55,061 nucleotides of DNA from Gammaproteobacteria bacterium (GCA_015492435.1 WGFB01000013.1:1-55061), one strand, 5' to 3'. Counted from the stretch's first letter, positions 33,917 to 43,539 are shown. Notes: generated by a model from the sequence alone, not told the origin. Numbers and translations: made by a program.

Positions 33917-35026
33917 ATGAACGCGGAACACGATATCCAGGACTGGCTGCTGCTGTCCCGCCTTCCAGGCATGGGGCCGCGCACCTGCCTGGCCTTGATA
34001 CGGCACTTCGGAAGCCCGCGGGGCGTTTTCACGGCGCGGGCGTGCGAACTGGCGGCCCTGGGCCTGCGGGACAAGATCATCAACACCATCCTGCGCCCGC
34101 CGGGAACGGATCATATCGCGGCGGACCTGGCCTGGCTGGAGCACGACGGCCGCCACCTCCTGACCTTGCGCGATGCCGCCTATCCCGCCCTGCTCAGGGA
34201 GATCCATGACCCGCCGCCCGTGCTCTTTGTGGCGGGAAATCCCAGAGTGCTCTCACAAGCGCAGATTGCCCTGGTGGGCAGCCGCAATCCCACACCCGGT
34301 GGATGCGAGATCGCCCATGAATTCGCCGCAAGCCTGGGACGCAGTGGTCTTGTCGTCACCAGTGGCATGGCGCTGGGCATCGACGGCGCCGGTCACCGTG
34401 GCGCGCTGGACAGCGGCGCCCCCACGGTGGCGGTGATGGGGACGGGACTGGACCGCATCTACCCCGCATGCCACCGGGATCTTGCCCGGCGCATCGAGGA
34501 AAATGGCGCCATGATATCGGAATTTCCCATAGGATCTGCCCCCTGCCGTAAGAATTTTCCGCGCCGCAACCGGCTTATCAGCGGCCTGAGCCTGGGCACC
34601 CTGGTGGTGGAGGCTGCCGTGCACAGCGGTTCCCTCATCACGGCCCGCATGGCCCTGGAGCAGGGCCGCGAAGTTTTTGCCGTGCCCGGATCCATCCGCA
34701 GCCCCCAGTCACGAGGCTGCCATGCCTTGCTCCGCGATGGCGCCAAACTGGTGGAATGCGTTGCCGATGTCCTGGAAGAACTACAGGGTTTTTCCACTCC
34801 CATACAGGCTTCGCCCGATAATGAGCCCCCTGAAACAGTGGAGGCCCAGTGTGATCCCCAGCAGCAAAATGTGCTGGATCATATTGACGATACCCCCACG
34901 AGTGTTGATATGCTTGTCGCGCGGACAGGATTGACGGCAGACCGGCTTTCCTCCATTCTGTTATGGCTGGAATTGCAAAACCGTATTGTTTCTCTCCCGG
35001 GAGGCACATTTACACGTCTCAAATAG
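33917..35026 (+). CDS. dprA: DNA-processing protein DprA (Smf)
   Basis: YPALLREIHDPP, VGSRNPT, TSGMALGIDG, FPRRNRLISGLS, SGSLITA, EQGREVFAVPG. Confidence 0.97.
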   Translation: MNAEHDIQDWLLLSRLPGMGPRTCLALIRHFGSPRGVFTARACELAALGLRDKIINTILRPPGTDHIAADLAWLEHDGRHLLTLRDAAYPALLREIHDPPPVLFVAGNPRVLSQAQIALVGSRNPTPGGCEIAHEFAASLGRSGLVVTSGMALGIDGAGHRGALDSGAPTVAVMGTGLDRIYPACHRDLARRIEENGAMISEFPIGSAPCRKNFPRRNRLISGLSLGTLVVEAAVHSGSLITARMALEQGREVFAVPGSIRSPQSRGCHALLRDGAKLVECVADVLEELQGFSTPIQASPDNEPPETVEAQCDPQQQNVLDHIDDTPTSVDMLVARTGLTADRLSSILLWLELQNRIVSLPGGTFTRLK

Positions 35027-35036
35027 AGGAAATCGA

Positions 35037-35528
35037 ATGAAGGAAAACATGCTGGACGTGCTGCTCTACCTGTTCGAGCATTGCGTGGACGAGGAACTCG
35101 TCCTCAATCCGGACGAGGACGCCATCAAGAACCGCCTCAGCGCCGCGGGCTTCCCCGACAAGGAAATCAGCAAGGCGTTCGAATGGCTGGAATCCCTGGC
35201 GCAGCTTCGCGAGCAGGGCAACGCCGCCCTCATCAGGTCCCCCAAGCAGCTCACCCACCGCATCTTTACCGCCGAGGAAATGGACCGCATCGACCAGCAA
35301 AGCCGCGGCCTGATACTGTTTCTGGAGCAAATGGACGTCCTCACACCCACCACGCGCGAGCTGGTCATCGACCGCGTCATGGCCCTGGAAAGCGAGGATA
35401 TCGATATCGAGGGCGTCAAGTGGGTCATTCTCATGGTGCTGTTCAATCAGCCCGGTTACGAGGCCGCCTGCACCTGGCTGGAGGACTTCGTCTTTGACGA
35501 CCAGAGCCTGAACCTGCAGTTGCACTGA
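35037..35528 (+). CDS. smg: Smg / DUF494 family protein
   Basis: MKENMLDVLLYLFE, AGF..EISKAFEWLESL, RELVIDRVMAL, KWVILMVLFNQPG; lies between dprA and topA. Confidence 0.93.
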   Translation: MKENMLDVLLYLFEHCVDEELVLNPDEDAIKNRLSAAGFPDKEISKAFEWLESLAQLREQGNAALIRSPKQLTHRIFTAEEMDRIDQQSRGLILFLEQMDVLTPTTRELVIDRVMALESEDIDIEGVKWVILMVLFNQPGYEAACTWLEDFVFDDQSLNLQLH

Positions 35529-35756
35529 CCCCGCGACAGCCCCGGGAAGTGGCGGCAGTGCCGCCAACGGGCGCACATCCCCGGCGTCAATCGATCACGT
35601 GTGATCACGCATGAACGGCGCTCAATTTATCTGATCAAACCGCGATATAGAGTAAGGACAAAGGATCGCGCGGGATCCTCGCCCGGCCACCATGACCTTA
35701 TTCATTGCAGGGCCATTGGCTTGCATTTCAATTTCACATGATGTTACAAAGCGCCC

Positions 35757-38057
35757 ATGAGTAAAAACCTGGTCATCGTGGAATCGCCCGCCAAGGCGAA
35801 AACCCTCAAGAAATACTTCGGCAAGGGCTTCGAGGTGCTGGCCTCCTACGGCCACGTGCGCGACCTGCTGCCCAAGGAAGGCGCCGTGGATCCCGACCAC
35901 GATTTCGCCATGAAATACCAGGTGATAGAAAAGAACAGCAAGCACATCGATGCCATCGCCAGGGCCATGAAGAAGGCGGACGCGCTCTACCTGGCCACGG
36001 ACCCGGACCGTGAGGGCGAGGCCATATCCTGGCACATCTACCACATCCTCAAGGAAAAAAATCTCCTCAAGGACAAACCGGCCTACCGCATCGTCTTTCA
36101 CGAGATCACCAAGAACGCCATCCAGGAAGCCCTGGCCCACCCCCGGGAGCTGTCCATGGAACTGGTCAATGCCCAGCAGGCGCGCCGCGCCCTGGACTTT
36201 CTGGTGGGCTTCAATCTCTCGCCCCTGCTGTGGAAAAAAATCCGCCGCGGGCTCTCCGCGGGACGGGTGCAGAGCCCGGCGCTGCGCATGATCGTGGAAC
36301 GCGAGCAGGAAATAGAGAATTTCAAGCCCCGGGAATACTGGACCATCGAGGCCGACGTCGCCAAGGGCAAGGATCGTTTCAGCGCCAAACTGTCCCGCTA
36401 CAAGGACAAGAAAATCACCCAGTTCAGCGTCACCCATGAAAAACAGGCGCGGGAGATCGAAAAACACATCCTGGATGTGGCTCAGGGCAAGCTGACCATC
36501 ATCAACATCGAGAAAAAGCAGCGCAAGCGCAATCCCGCCGCGCCCTTCATCACTTCCACCCTGCAACAGGAAGCCGCGCGCAAGCTGGGCTTCACGGCGC
36601 AACGCACCATGCGCACGGCCCAGCAATTGTATGAAGGCATCGACACGGGAGACGGCGCCACGGGTCTCATCACCTACATGCGCACGGACTCGGTCAATCT
36701 GGCCCAGGAGGCAATCGGGGAAATCCGCGCCTTCATCAGCCAGCGCTACGGCGCTGAAAACCTGCCCAAGCAGCCGCGCAGCTTCAAGACCAAGTCCAAG
36801 AACGCCCAGGAGGCCCACGAAGCCATCCGTCCCACCTCCATCGCCATGGAGCCCGATGCCATCAAGCAGCACCTGAGCAGCGACCAGTACAAACTCTACA
36901 ACCTGATCTGGAAGCGCGCCCTCGCCTGCCAGATGATTCACGCCACCATCAACACCGTCGCCGTCGACATGCAGGCCGGAGACGACGTCGTCTTCCGCAC
37001 CACCGGCTCCATCATCGCCAAACCGGGATTCATGGCGGTATATCAGGAAGGGCAGGATGACGACAAGCGCAAGAGCAAGGACGAGGAACACACGCTGCCG
37101 GATCTCCAAGTGGGCGATACCCTCAAGCTGGAAAGGCTGCATCCGGAACAGCACTTCACGGAACCACCACCGCGCTACAGCGAGGCCAGCCTCATCAAGG
37201 CCCTGGAAGAATATGGCATCGGCCGCCCCTCCACCTACGCCTCCATCATCGCCACTCTGCAGCAGAGAGACTACGCGGTATTGGACAAGAAGCGCTTCAA
37301 ACCCACGGATGTAGGGCGCATCGTCAACAAGTTCCTCACCGAGCATTTCGACCGCTATGTGGATTACGATTTCACGGCCAGGCTCGAAGATGAACTGGAT
37401 GCCGTCTCGCGCGGTGAAAAGGAGTGGATCCCGCTCATGAAGGAATTCTGGAAACCTTTCAAGGAACGGGTGGACACCAAGGACAAGACCGTACAGCGCA
37501 AGGATGTCACCCAGGAACTCATCGACGAGCAATGCCCCAAATGCGGCAAGCAGCTCTCCGTGCGCCTGGGGCGGCGTGGCATGTTCGTGGGCTGCACCGG
37601 CTTCCCGGACTGTGACTATACCCGCAATATCGGAGACGACGGCGATACGCCTGAAGTGGAAACCGTGGAAGGCAGGCAGTGCCCGCAGTGCGCGGCCGCG
37701 CTGATCATCCGCCAGGGACCCTATGGCAAGTTCATCGGCTGCAGCAACTACCCGGACTGCAAGTTCATAGAGCCCCTGGAAAAACCCACGGATACGGGTG
37801 TCGAATGCCCCCAGTGCAGGAAAGGCACGATGCTGAAGCGTAAATCCCGCCGCGGCAAGATTTTCTACTCATGCTCCACGTATCCGGACTGCGATTACGC
37901 GGTGTGGAACGAACCGGTGACCATACCCTGTCCCCAATGCGGCTGGCCCATGCTGACCATCAAGACCACCAAGCGCAAGGGCACGGAGATCGTCTGCCCG
38001 CAGAAGGACTGCGACTACATCGAGCCCTACGAGGAGCAAGACGCCAAGGCCTCCTGA
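35757..38057 (+). CDS. topA: DNA topoisomerase I with C-terminal zinc ribbons
   Basis: IVESPAKAK, ATDPDREGEAI, SAGRVQS, ITYMRTDS, QEAHEAIRPT, GIGRPSTY; repeated CPxC zinc ribbons. Confidence 0.98.
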   Translation: MSKNLVIVESPAKAKTLKKYFGKGFEVLASYGHVRDLLPKEGAVDPDHDFAMKYQVIEKNSKHIDAIARAMKKADALYLATDPDREGEAISWHIYHILKEKNLLKDKPAYRIVFHEITKNAIQEALAHPRELSMELVNAQQARRALDFLVGFNLSPLLWKKIRRGLSAGRVQSPALRMIVEREQEIENFKPREYWTIEADVAKGKDRFSAKLSRYKDKKITQFSVTHEKQAREIEKHILDVAQGKLTIINIEKKQRKRNPAAPFITSTLQQEAARKLGFTAQRTMRTAQQLYEGIDTGDGATGLITYMRTDSVNLAQEAIGEIRAFISQRYGAENLPKQPRSFKTKSKNAQEAHEAIRPTSIAMEPDAIKQHLSSDQYKLYNLIWKRALACQMIHATINTVAVDMQAGDDVVFRTTGSIIAKPGFMAVYQEGQDDDKRKSKDEEHTLPDLQVGDTLKLERLHPEQHFTEPPPRYSEASLIKALEEYGIGRPSTYASIIATLQQRDYAVLDKKRFKPTDVGRIVNKFLTEHFDRYVDYDFTARLEDELDAVSRGEKEWIPLMKEFWKPFKERVDTKDKTVQRKDVTQELIDEQCPKCGKQLSVRLGRRGMFVGCTGFPDCDYTRNIGDDGDTPEVETVEGRQCPQCAAALIIRQGPYGKFIGCSNYPDCKFIEPLEKPTDTGVECPQCRKGTMLKRKSRRGKIFYSCSTYPDCDYAVWNEPVTIPCPQCGWPMLTIKTTKRKGTEIVCPQKDCDYIEPYEEQDAKAS

Positions 38058-38067
38058 GGACTGGCGC

Positions 38068-38958
38068 TCAGAACTCCCAGACTCCCCTCAGCCCCGTGAC
38101 CGTCGATTCACTGTCCGGCTGGTACACCGCGGAGCGGTAGGTCCGCCCGCCACTGCGGAAGGTGAATGTTTCCGTGTCCGACCGGCTGAAGCGGGTCTGT
38201 TCGAAATAAAGGGAAAGAGAAAATGTACTGCGCTGCGGCAGGACGGGATAGATCAGCCACGAGGCATAATAGGAAAGCCGGGCGCGGGGCCGCAGATCCA
38301 CCGATGCGCCCAGGGTGTTGAAGTCGATGGTTTCCCATGTTCTCAGGGGGATCTTTATTCCCATATGGATGTTATGGCCATGGCCACGCGTCAACAATTG
38401 CAGGCCAAGGCCGGCCTTGGCATACAGAAAATGATAAGTCTCCAGATATCCTTGTACCGGCGTGCCATCCGTCAGTGAGCCGCTGCCGATATATCTTTGC
38501 CAGAAATCCGAGCCCAGGGAGAAGCGTCCGTCCACGGCACGCAGCAACCCGGCGGGTGACAGGGGAAAACGATACCCGGCCTTCAATTCCAGGGTGTTGC
38601 CGAAATAGCGCGTGCTCGTCTTGAAAGGTTTGAGTTCCGGCGCTGATGCGGTCAGATCGAAGGCATTGCCATCATAGGCCACCGAGCCATTGTAGATTCT
38701 TGCATCCAGTTCGATAAGGGCGCCGCGGCGCACATTGGTGAAATTGGAATAGGCCAGGCCCAGCGCGTACCGGGGGCCCGATTCCGAGAGGAAATTGGAG
38801 GCCTGGGGAATGGACTCCTTCCATTGATAGTATTCCGTGGCGGCATAGGGCCGCCAGGCCATGTCCCCCGCCCGCAGTCCCACGGCGGAGATATCCGCCG
38901 GCAACAGCAGAATCATGCCAGCGATCAGGGCAGGTAATGTATGAAATCCTCGTGCCAC
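38068..38958 (-). CDS. Putative outer-membrane beta-barrel protein
   Basis: Signal-peptide-like N-terminus, alternating aromatic beta-strands, C-terminal GLRGVWEF (BAM-type terminal Phe). Confidence 0.7.
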   Translation of the reverse strand: MARGFHTLPALIAGMILLLPADISAVGLRAGDMAWRPYAATEYYQWKESIPQASNFLSESGPRYALGLAYSNFTNVRRGALIELDARIYNGSVAYDGNAFDLTASAPELKPFKTSTRYFGNTLELKAGYRFPLSPAGLLRAVDGRFSLGSDFWQRYIGSGSLTDGTPVQGYLETYHFLYAKAGLGLQLLTRGHGHNIHMGIKIPLRTWETIDFNTLGASVDLRPRARLSYYASWLIYPVLPQRSTFSLSLYFEQTRFSRSDTETFTFRSGGRTYRSAVYQPDSESTVTGLRGVWEF

Positions 38959-39058
38959 TACACCCTCCCGGCGAAAATATGTTCCGCCATTCCTCCTCTG
39001 GTGTAGTAGCGGCGAAAACCGCTCCTTCTTGAGGCGATCAACCCGGCAGTTGCATAAA

Positions 39059-39217
39059 GGAACCTCTGATTAATTCATGAACCGGCGTCTGGCGGCTGAA
39101 ATGTCCCGGCTCTGCGTTGAAAAGCTTGGCAATAGCGCACGATTACCTGCGCTTTTCGCCTTGATCCGGAACATTTCATCTCGCCATCCATCCGGTCCAG
39201 AATTAATCAGAGGCTCC
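39059..39217. mobile_element. MITE family A, copy 1 (159 bp)
   Basis: Terminal inverted repeats GGAACCTCTGATTAATTC / GAATTAATCAGAGGCTCC, flanked by a 4-bp direct repeat TAAA. Near-identical inverted copy at 45515-45673. Confidence 0.88.
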
Positions 39218-39328
39218 TAAAATTGCAAGGGCCAACCGAGGATAACAACTTGTTTCATGCGCCCTGCTGTGTGTGACACCCCCAAGCGTTGGCGCCACAC
39301 CAGGTTTTATCCTGCAGCAGGCCGCGGG

Positions 39329-39397
39329 AAGACACAAGATACAAAAGGCTGCTTTCCTTTTACCTTTTACCTTGTATCTTGTACCTTGTATCTTGTA
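39329..39397. repeat. Heptanucleotide tandem repeat with an inverted partner
   Basis: Six units YCTTKTA at 39356-39397, preceded by the complementary AAGACACAAGATACAAAAGG. Confidence 0.75.
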
Positions 39398-39465
39398 ACT
39401 TTCGCAATCCCAGCACCCAGTTTTTGCAATGACCGGGTTAATACTGCGACTGGAATGACAGAGAA

Positions 39466-40221
39466 ATGATCAAGAAAGCGATTTCCTTCCTGCTATGCGC
39501 ACTCCTGCTGTCTGGCGCAGGGCTTTCCGCGGCCGCGGAACTGAAGCTTGCCACCAGTCCGTGGCCGCCCTATGTGGACGAGAATCTCCCCGGCAAGGGG
39601 CTGGCCATCAAACTGGTCACCACCGCCCTGTCGCGCGCCGGATACAAAACCAGCCTGAGAATCGAAACCTGGACCAGGACGCTGGAAGGCGCGGATATCG
39701 GCGTCTACGATGTCATTCCCGCGGCCTGGTACAACGAGGCGCGCGCCCGCGCCTTCAACTTCAGCAAACCCTATCTGACCAACAACATCATGCTGCTCAA
39801 GCGCAAGGACGACCCTTTCACCTTCAACGGACTGTCCGACCTGAAAGGCAGGATCATCGGCATCATCCCCGGCTACGCCTATGGCCCCGCCTTCGACGCC
39901 GCGGGAAACTTCTACCGCGTCAACAGCCGGCATCTCGTGGAAAATCTCACCAAGCTCCGCCTGGGGCAGATCGACCTGACGCTGGATGACGAGCGGGTGT
40001 TGCTGCACGACCTGGGAAAATACATGGCCAACAGCCAGGGCCAGTTCGTCATCCTGCCCAAGCCCCTGTCCGTCAACGGGCTGCACATTGCCGTGAGCAG
40101 GCAACGGCCCGATCATGAAAAAATCGTGACGGACTTTGACAAGGCCGTGGAGGAAATGAAGCAGGACGGCGAATACGAAAAGATTCTCAACGAATACGCA
40201 ATCTACAGAAAGCGCTTGTAA
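39466..40221 (+). CDS. Periplasmic substrate-binding protein (family 3), no adjacent permease
   Basis: Signal peptide, WPPYV, W.R, DLKGRIIGIIPGYAY, GQIDL, MKQDGEYEKI. Confidence 0.88.
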   Translation: MIKKAISFLLCALLLSGAGLSAAAELKLATSPWPPYVDENLPGKGLAIKLVTTALSRAGYKTSLRIETWTRTLEGADIGVYDVIPAAWYNEARARAFNFSKPYLTNNIMLLKRKDDPFTFNGLSDLKGRIIGIIPGYAYGPAFDAAGNFYRVNSRHLVENLTKLRLGQIDLTLDDERVLLHDLGKYMANSQGQFVILPKPLSVNGLHIAVSRQRPDHEKIVTDFDKAVEEMKQDGEYEKILNEYAIYRKRL

Positions 40222-40368
40222 CCTGGCGCGCAACACGGGTACAACCCCGCCTTCGCCGTATTCTCACGCATCAAGCAAACCGCAACTGGAAGACGCGGAA
40301 GTGCGGCCCACGGAATAGTCACCACGGGACCGTGCCCGCCGCATGAGTTCCGCCGATGAAAACCTGGA

Positions 40369-41382
40369 TCAGGAATCCAGGCTCTCCCACGTCGTGGTAA
40401 GCGTCTGATCGGCAGTACCATCACCATCAACATCTATTTCAAGCTGAACATTGGTACTGTCGATAGCCGTCAGGGTCACGCTGCTGTTGCCCTCACCCGT
40501 GATCTTCATGCGGCCTGTGTAGGGATAATCCGGCGCCACGCCTTCGAAGGTCGCCAGGGTTTCAAATTGAACGTATCCACCGAGTTCAGTGCTGGATACG
40601 GTTCCATTGGCGTTCACGGTATAGGCCAGGGTCACATCATTTTCCGTGAAGGCGATGAGATAGTTGCTCAGGCTCTCGGTGACGCCATTGATGTCAATGG
40701 TAAGCGAGTTTCCCTTCACGGATCCCATGAAATTCACATCATCCTGGGTCTCCAGGGCATAACTCATGTCCCCGTTGAAGGTCGCCGTGTCTCCGCCTCC
40801 GGCGACCACCACATTTGCCAGGGTCATGGTCACATCAACACTCCAAACCGAATCCACCAGGGGATTTCCGCTCAACGCATTGAATCTCAAGGAGATCATG
40901 CCATTCACGGACACCATGTCCGAATAGTCGATACAATTGTTGAAGGTCAGGGTGAAACTGTCTCCCGCTGATAAGCCGAGGGAATTATCCGCATCGTCGA
41001 AAGCGACACTCACCGATCCACTGACGCCACAAGGCACCTCATCAGGGTGGGATATCCCCGTCAGCCGGGGAGGGGTATCGACATCATTCTGAAGAATCCA
41101 GCGTAATTGCTTGTTGGCGAATGCCGCCAGGCGCGGGCCTGCTCCGGCCTTCCGTACGGACACGCCCGTGACAATATCCCCGCCTTCACTTGCAACCTCA
41201 TACGTCGACTGGGCGTTCGCCGCGCCGGCGCCCGCCGCCGCCTCGGCGTTTGCCGTGGTGATCGCAACAGGGGTTTCCGTGCTTGCCGTGCTGCCTCCAC
41301 CACTGCCCCCACCCCCGCAAGAGGCAAGCAGAATGAAAATGAGCAGACCAGAAAACCGGAAGTATCGGCGAATGCTTCCCAT
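40369..41382 (-). CDS. Lipoprotein of unknown function, beta-rich
   Basis: Lipobox LLASC followed by GGGGSGG linker; C..SG...TFNNC motif; C-terminal DVDGDGTAD; GAGGAG RBS before ATG 41382. Confidence 0.8.
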   Translation of the reverse strand: MGSIRRYFRFSGLLIFILLASCGGGGSGGGSTASTETPVAITTANAEAAAGAGAANAQSTYEVASEGGDIVTGVSVRKAGAGPRLAAFANKQLRWILQNDVDTPPRLTGISHPDEVPCGVSGSVSVAFDDADNSLGLSAGDSFTLTFNNCIDYSDMVSVNGMISLRFNALSGNPLVDSVWSVDVTMTLANVVVAGGGDTATFNGDMSYALETQDDVNFMGSVKGNSLTIDINGVTESLSNYLIAFTENDVTLAYTVNANGTVSSTELGGYVQFETLATFEGVAPDYPYTGRMKITGEGNSSVTLTAIDSTNVQLEIDVDGDGTADQTLTTTWESLDS

Positions 41383-41635
41383 GGGACTTCTCCTCAAGTC
41401 GGGCATATGCTGGAGAACATTTTGGTCAGGGAGAATTTTACACCAACGACGCGCGCACATGAATCATGCCCGCATTTCCTATAATGCGGGTCAGAAACCA
41501 ACCCCTTGGGCAACAATAGTATGTCGTGTTCAGCAATTGATTTGAGAAAAACAGGCATGCGAGGGACTTCTGAGGCTTACTCAGGTAGCCTGATTGTAGA
41601 AACACAGCTTTTTCCGTATAAGAACCCCGCCGCGG

Positions 41636-42406
41636 TCACGGCCCTGGCATCGTGAAGTAGAATACCGCGCCCAAGCCGGGCCTGCTGCGCGCCCATATGC
41701 GCCCCCCATGATGTTGCACGATCCTCTTCGCCGTCGCCAGGCCTACCCCGCTGCCTTCAAATGCCGGATCACTGGACAAGCGGCGGAAGGCCGCAAAAAT
41801 TTCGTCGGCCTTGTCCTGCTCGAAGCCGATACCATCGTCGGCGACATAATAAATCACAACGCCATCCTCTTCCTTCATCCCGACCTCGATGTTGGAAATC
41901 TCGTTCTTGCGCGTATATTTCCAGGCATTCTCCAGGAGATTCATCATCAATATGCGTGTCAGCACCCCGCTGGCCATCACCGTCATGCCGGGATGGACGA
42001 CAAATTTCGCCTTTCTGTCCGGCGCATGGCGGGAAAACTCCCTCAGAATCCCGGCGCACAGATCACTGAGATCCACTGGCTGCCTGGCAGATGGGGGGTG
42101 GGAAGACCGGGAGAGATCCAGCAGGTCGGTGATGAGCCGCTTCGCCTGCTTGGCGGCGTTGTTAACCCGCTGCATGTAAATGATTTCGTCGGGCTGGTGA
42201 TTCCGCGAGTATTCGTGCAGCAGTATCTCGCTGTAACCCTCGATGCGTGTCAGGGGCGCATAGAGATCGTGAGCAGCGGAATAATTGAATGCCTCAAGGT
42301 CCTTCTTCTCACGCTCCAGAGCCTCGATGCGCTGTCTCAGCACGTCGATCTCAGCGGCCTCCCTGGCGCCGCCGCCGCTCGCTTTTTCACGGCCGTTTCC
42401 TTCCAT
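41636..42406 (-). CDS. Cytoplasmic histidine kinase (HisKA + HATPase) with no sensor domain
   Basis: FNYSAAHDLYAPL H-box, NLLENAWKYT, DDGIGF, IFAAFRRL, GSGVGLA. Only a ~35-aa coiled coil precedes the DHp. AGGAG RBS. Confidence 0.88.
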   Translation of the reverse strand: MEGNGREKASGGGAREAAEIDVLRQRIEALEREKKDLEAFNYSAAHDLYAPLTRIEGYSEILLHEYSRNHQPDEIIYMQRVNNAAKQAKRLITDLLDLSRSSHPPSARQPVDLSDLCAGILREFSRHAPDRKAKFVVHPGMTVMASGVLTRILMMNLLENAWKYTRKNEISNIEVGMKEEDGVVIYYVADDGIGFEQDKADEIFAAFRRLSSDPAFEGSGVGLATAKRIVQHHGGRIWARSRPGLGAVFYFTMPGP

Positions 42407-42431
42407 GTCGTGCCGCTCCTGCCTTGTTACG

Positions 42432-42833
42432 CTAGCGTTTCACTCCACATGGCGCATGGTACTCGAACAAGAACCTTTTATCCTGCCGGCTGCTCCGGTG
42501 GAAACTGGGGGAATTGGCCGGTTGCATGGCAGCGCGATGCATGGCGCAGCTCAATTGCATCGTGCCGTCCCTGGAGAGCGCGATACCACAGCCCTCGCCC
42601 TTTGCCCGGGACTGGCAACCATGCCCCAGCCACTGGAAAAGAAGGCGGGCAAATTCCCTTTCACCCTTTAGAAGTTGGCCATCCAGGATGATCCAGTCGA
42701 AGTCATCTACCTCCCTGTCCTCCTGGAGCAGCTGGCCACCGTCCCTGAACGCTTTCAACTCATAGGTGTTGTCGTTCAATGCGGACTGCAAGGATGAAAA
42801 CCGCCCCATGCGTCCCCCCAACAGAAGTTTCAT
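42432..42833 (-). CDS. Hypothetical 133-aa protein: receiver-like N-terminus and Cys/His-rich C-terminus
   Basis: ATG overlaps the luxI TGA (ATGA). MKLLLGG...YELKAFRDGGQLL...DFDWIILDGQL resembles REC beta1-beta3. Confidence 0.65.
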   Translation of the reverse strand: MKLLLGGRMGRFSSLQSALNDNTYELKAFRDGGQLLQEDREVDDFDWIILDGQLLKGEREFARLLFQWLGHGCQSRAKGEGCGIALSRDGTMQLSCAMHRAAMQPANSPSFHRSSRQDKRFLFEYHAPCGVKR

Positions 42834-43453
42834 GCCGCCACCGGCAGTGATCTCGCCGCCTCGCGCGCCTTGAGAATGCACTCCTTCAATTGATCGTCGA
42901 CATCGATCCATACTGCCACGGACATCACCTTGCCCGTCCTCTGGGCCCTGCCATCACCGAAACGCCGCATGGGCATGCCGAGCTTCCTGAGCAGTCGCTC
43001 GAAGGAGATGCTGATGACAGTCACGTAGGCGCGCACCCCGTTTCTTTCCGCCAGATCGACCACCTTCCGAAACATGTCAAGGGTCAGGCCTCCGATGCCG
43101 CACAGGCCACGGTCATGGCAGTCGCAGTGACGGATTGCAAAACGGCTCACCTCCCACACCGCCGGGTCCCTGGGGGGCGCCTGTCCCCGCAACAGGAGAG
43201 GAAAGGTATCCTTGAGCATGTAGGGGCCCGTTGTCGGCAGAATACGCCAGCAACCCTCCACCGCGGCACCTTCCCTGACCACCATGTACAGGGGATTCAG
43301 ATCATCGTATCCATCCCGCTCCATGCCATGCTCCGATCTCACATCCCATCCCAGCCGTTCGCGGAATACCTGGTGTCTGAGCCGGAACATGCCTTCCAGG
43401 ATCTCCCTGTCTTCCGTCAGTTCCCTCCCCCGCGCCAGTATGATCTCGCTCAT
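42830..43453 (-). CDS. luxI: Acyl-homoserine-lactone synthase (LuxI family)
   Basis: FRLRHQVFRERLGW, ERDGYD, GCWRILPTTGPYML, WEVSRF, YVTV. Confidence 0.96.
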   Translation of the reverse strand: MSEIILARGRELTEDREILEGMFRLRHQVFRERLGWDVRSEHGMERDGYDDLNPLYMVVREGAAVEGCWRILPTTGPYMLKDTFPLLLRGQAPPRDPAVWEVSRFAIRHCDCHDRGLCGIGGLTLDMFRKVVDLAERNGVRAYVTVISISFERLLRKLGMPMRRFGDGRAQRTGKVMSVAVWIDVDDQLKECILKAREAARSLPVAA

Positions 43454-43519
43454 CCCCTAGCACCTCCCTATGCATGTCAATATGGGGTGTAAGTAGACAA
43501 TGAAAGGGGGCGGAAGGAA

Positions 43520-43539
43520 AACTGTAAGATCTTACAGGG
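43520..43539 (-). promoter_or_regulatory. lux box upstream of luxI
   Basis: Minus strand CCCTGTAAGATCTTACAGTT with a perfect 16-bp palindrome CTGTAAGATCTTACAG. Closely matches the canonical lux box ACCTGTAGGATCGTACAGGT; ~67 bp upstream of the luxI ATG. Confidence 0.9.

Noticed and set aside
34780-35030. AT-richer 3' end of dprA
   Set aside because: The frame is intact and encodes the normal variable linker and winged-helix; most simply an embedded promoter region for smg-topA.
35593-35606. Palindrome GATCAC-GT-GTGATC upstream of topA
   Set aside because: Short, single, and not assignable to a regulator from sequence alone.
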